Shown one piece after another: positions 63,251-64,000 of a stretch of 64,000 nucleotides of DNA; positions within the stretch are counted from its first letter, which is position 1, and the number at the start of each line of letters is the position of its first letter. This DNA comes from Moniliella sp. 'wahieum' (taxonomy: Eukaryota). The stretch is from positions 682,001 to 746,000 of the forward strand of contig RSEE01000012.1 of NCBI GenBank assembly GCA_003971905.1. The letters are read 5' to 3'. The position numbers and the translations under genes are program-made. The notes under the pieces were generated by a model, which saw only the letters and a list, made by a program, of their open reading frames with translations, did not search any database and was not told the origin of the DNA.

Positions 63251-63380
63251 TTGCCCGCGGGCAACAAGGGGGAATTGAATATTGACGCGTATTTTGCCTA
63301 TCAGCCTTCTTATCATACTCGTCCAAGCCGCCTCTAGCCAGAAGTGTCCCATATGCCACCCTCCCCTTGCCCGCGGGCAA
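63251..63380. promoter_or_regulatory. Two identical perfect 14-bp palindromes TTGCCCGCGGGCAA in a bidirectional promoter
   Basis: Copies at 63251-63264 and 63367-63380, between the divergent ATGs at 63082 (-) and 63456 (+). Confidence 0.7.
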
Positions 63381-63455
63381 TGGCAGCAGCGTATTTAGGT
63401 CTCGTTTCAAGAGGCCATTTCCCGATCCATACCACCCACATTCTCCCTCCTCATC

Positions 63456-64000
63456 ATGCCTGCTCCCACTTCCGACGTCAACACCAAAGCCTTCTGGGCG
63501 AGCGCTGAGCAGGATCTCATGTACACCGGCGTGCCCTACTGTGACCGCATCATTGTCGAGGCCAAGGGCACCCAGCTCATCGACTCGGAAGGCAAGTCCA
63601 TCCTCGACCTCACTTCGGGGCAGATGAGCAGCCTAGTGGGTCATTCCCATCCGGAAATTGTATCGGTCGTCCAGTCCCAGATCACGCAAGTGGACCATCT
63701 GCTGAGCAACATGCTCACTGTTCCCGTGGTGGAGCTGGCACAGCGGTTGGGCGAGATGGTTCCCGCTCCGCTCACCAAGTCCTTTTTCCTCTCCACCGGG
63801 AGCGAGTCGATTGAAGCGGCGATTAAGATGGCCAAGGTCACTACTGGCAAGTTCGAGGTGGTCGCTTTTGGCGCTAGCTACCATGGCCTAACGGGCGCGG
63901 CGGGAAGCGCCACCTACTCCACCGGGCGTGGGAGGTGGCCCGCACATGCCCGGAATGCTCATGTTCCCTGCACCGTATGGGCTGCGGTCCCCCTTCCGCA
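63456..64000 (+). CDS. 2,2-dialkylglycine decarboxylase (class III PLP aminotransferase), runs off the window
   Basis: FWASAEQ; AKGTQLIDSEGKSILDLTSGQMSSLVGHSHPEIV; DHLLSNML; FFLSTGSESIEAAIKMAK..TGKFEVV; SYHGLT..AGSATYS.GR, characteristic of DgdA. Confidence 0.88.
   Translation, partial: MPAPTSDVNTKAFWASAEQDLMYTGVPYCDRIIVEAKGTQLIDSEGKSILDLTSGQMSSLVGHSHPEIVSVVQSQITQVDHLLSNMLTVPVVELAQRLGEMVPAPLTKSFFLSTGSESIEAAIKMAKVTTGKFEVVAFGASYHGLTGAAGSATYSTGRGRWPAHARNAHVPCTVWAAVPLP

Noticed and set aside
1..64000. tRNA or rRNA genes
   Set aside because: None recognised by eye; tRNAscan-SE and Infernal would be needed to exclude them.

Overview
GC-rich eukaryotic DNA, most likely a basidiomycete fungus, judged from short GT-AG introns, fungal gene families and a Zn2Cys6 factor. 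Nearly every gene has several 1-nt frameshifts, which looks like uncorrected long-read indel error, so CDS boundaries are approximate and stitched across frames. About 20 protein-coding loci are visible: NDUFAF6-like, ORC2, a conserved hypothetical, OPT transporter, PA-RING E3 ligase, 5'-nucleotidase, mitochondrial carrier, GH18, RTA1, MFAP1, an apparent CRAL-TRIO/Iml2(TTC39) fusion, GT32 MIPC synthase, MDP-1, a vWA protein, and a Zn2Cys6 factor divergent from a 2,2-dialkylglycine decarboxylase. Two transposon nests (10.8-12.7 kb and 32-40 kb) hold decayed CRE-type non-LTR retrotransposons and an LTR-like family ending TGTCACGGG...CCCGTGACA. Best candidates for something new: (1) a non-coding 2.8-kb element (35432-38245) with ~470-bp near-identical INVERTED LTR-derived arms, a perfect 5-bp TSD and an internal array of polypurine-tract-like repeats, inserted in a CRE RT gene; (2) the Sec14-Iml2 fusion; (3) twin perfect 14-bp palindromes in the TF/decarboxylase bidirectional promoter.
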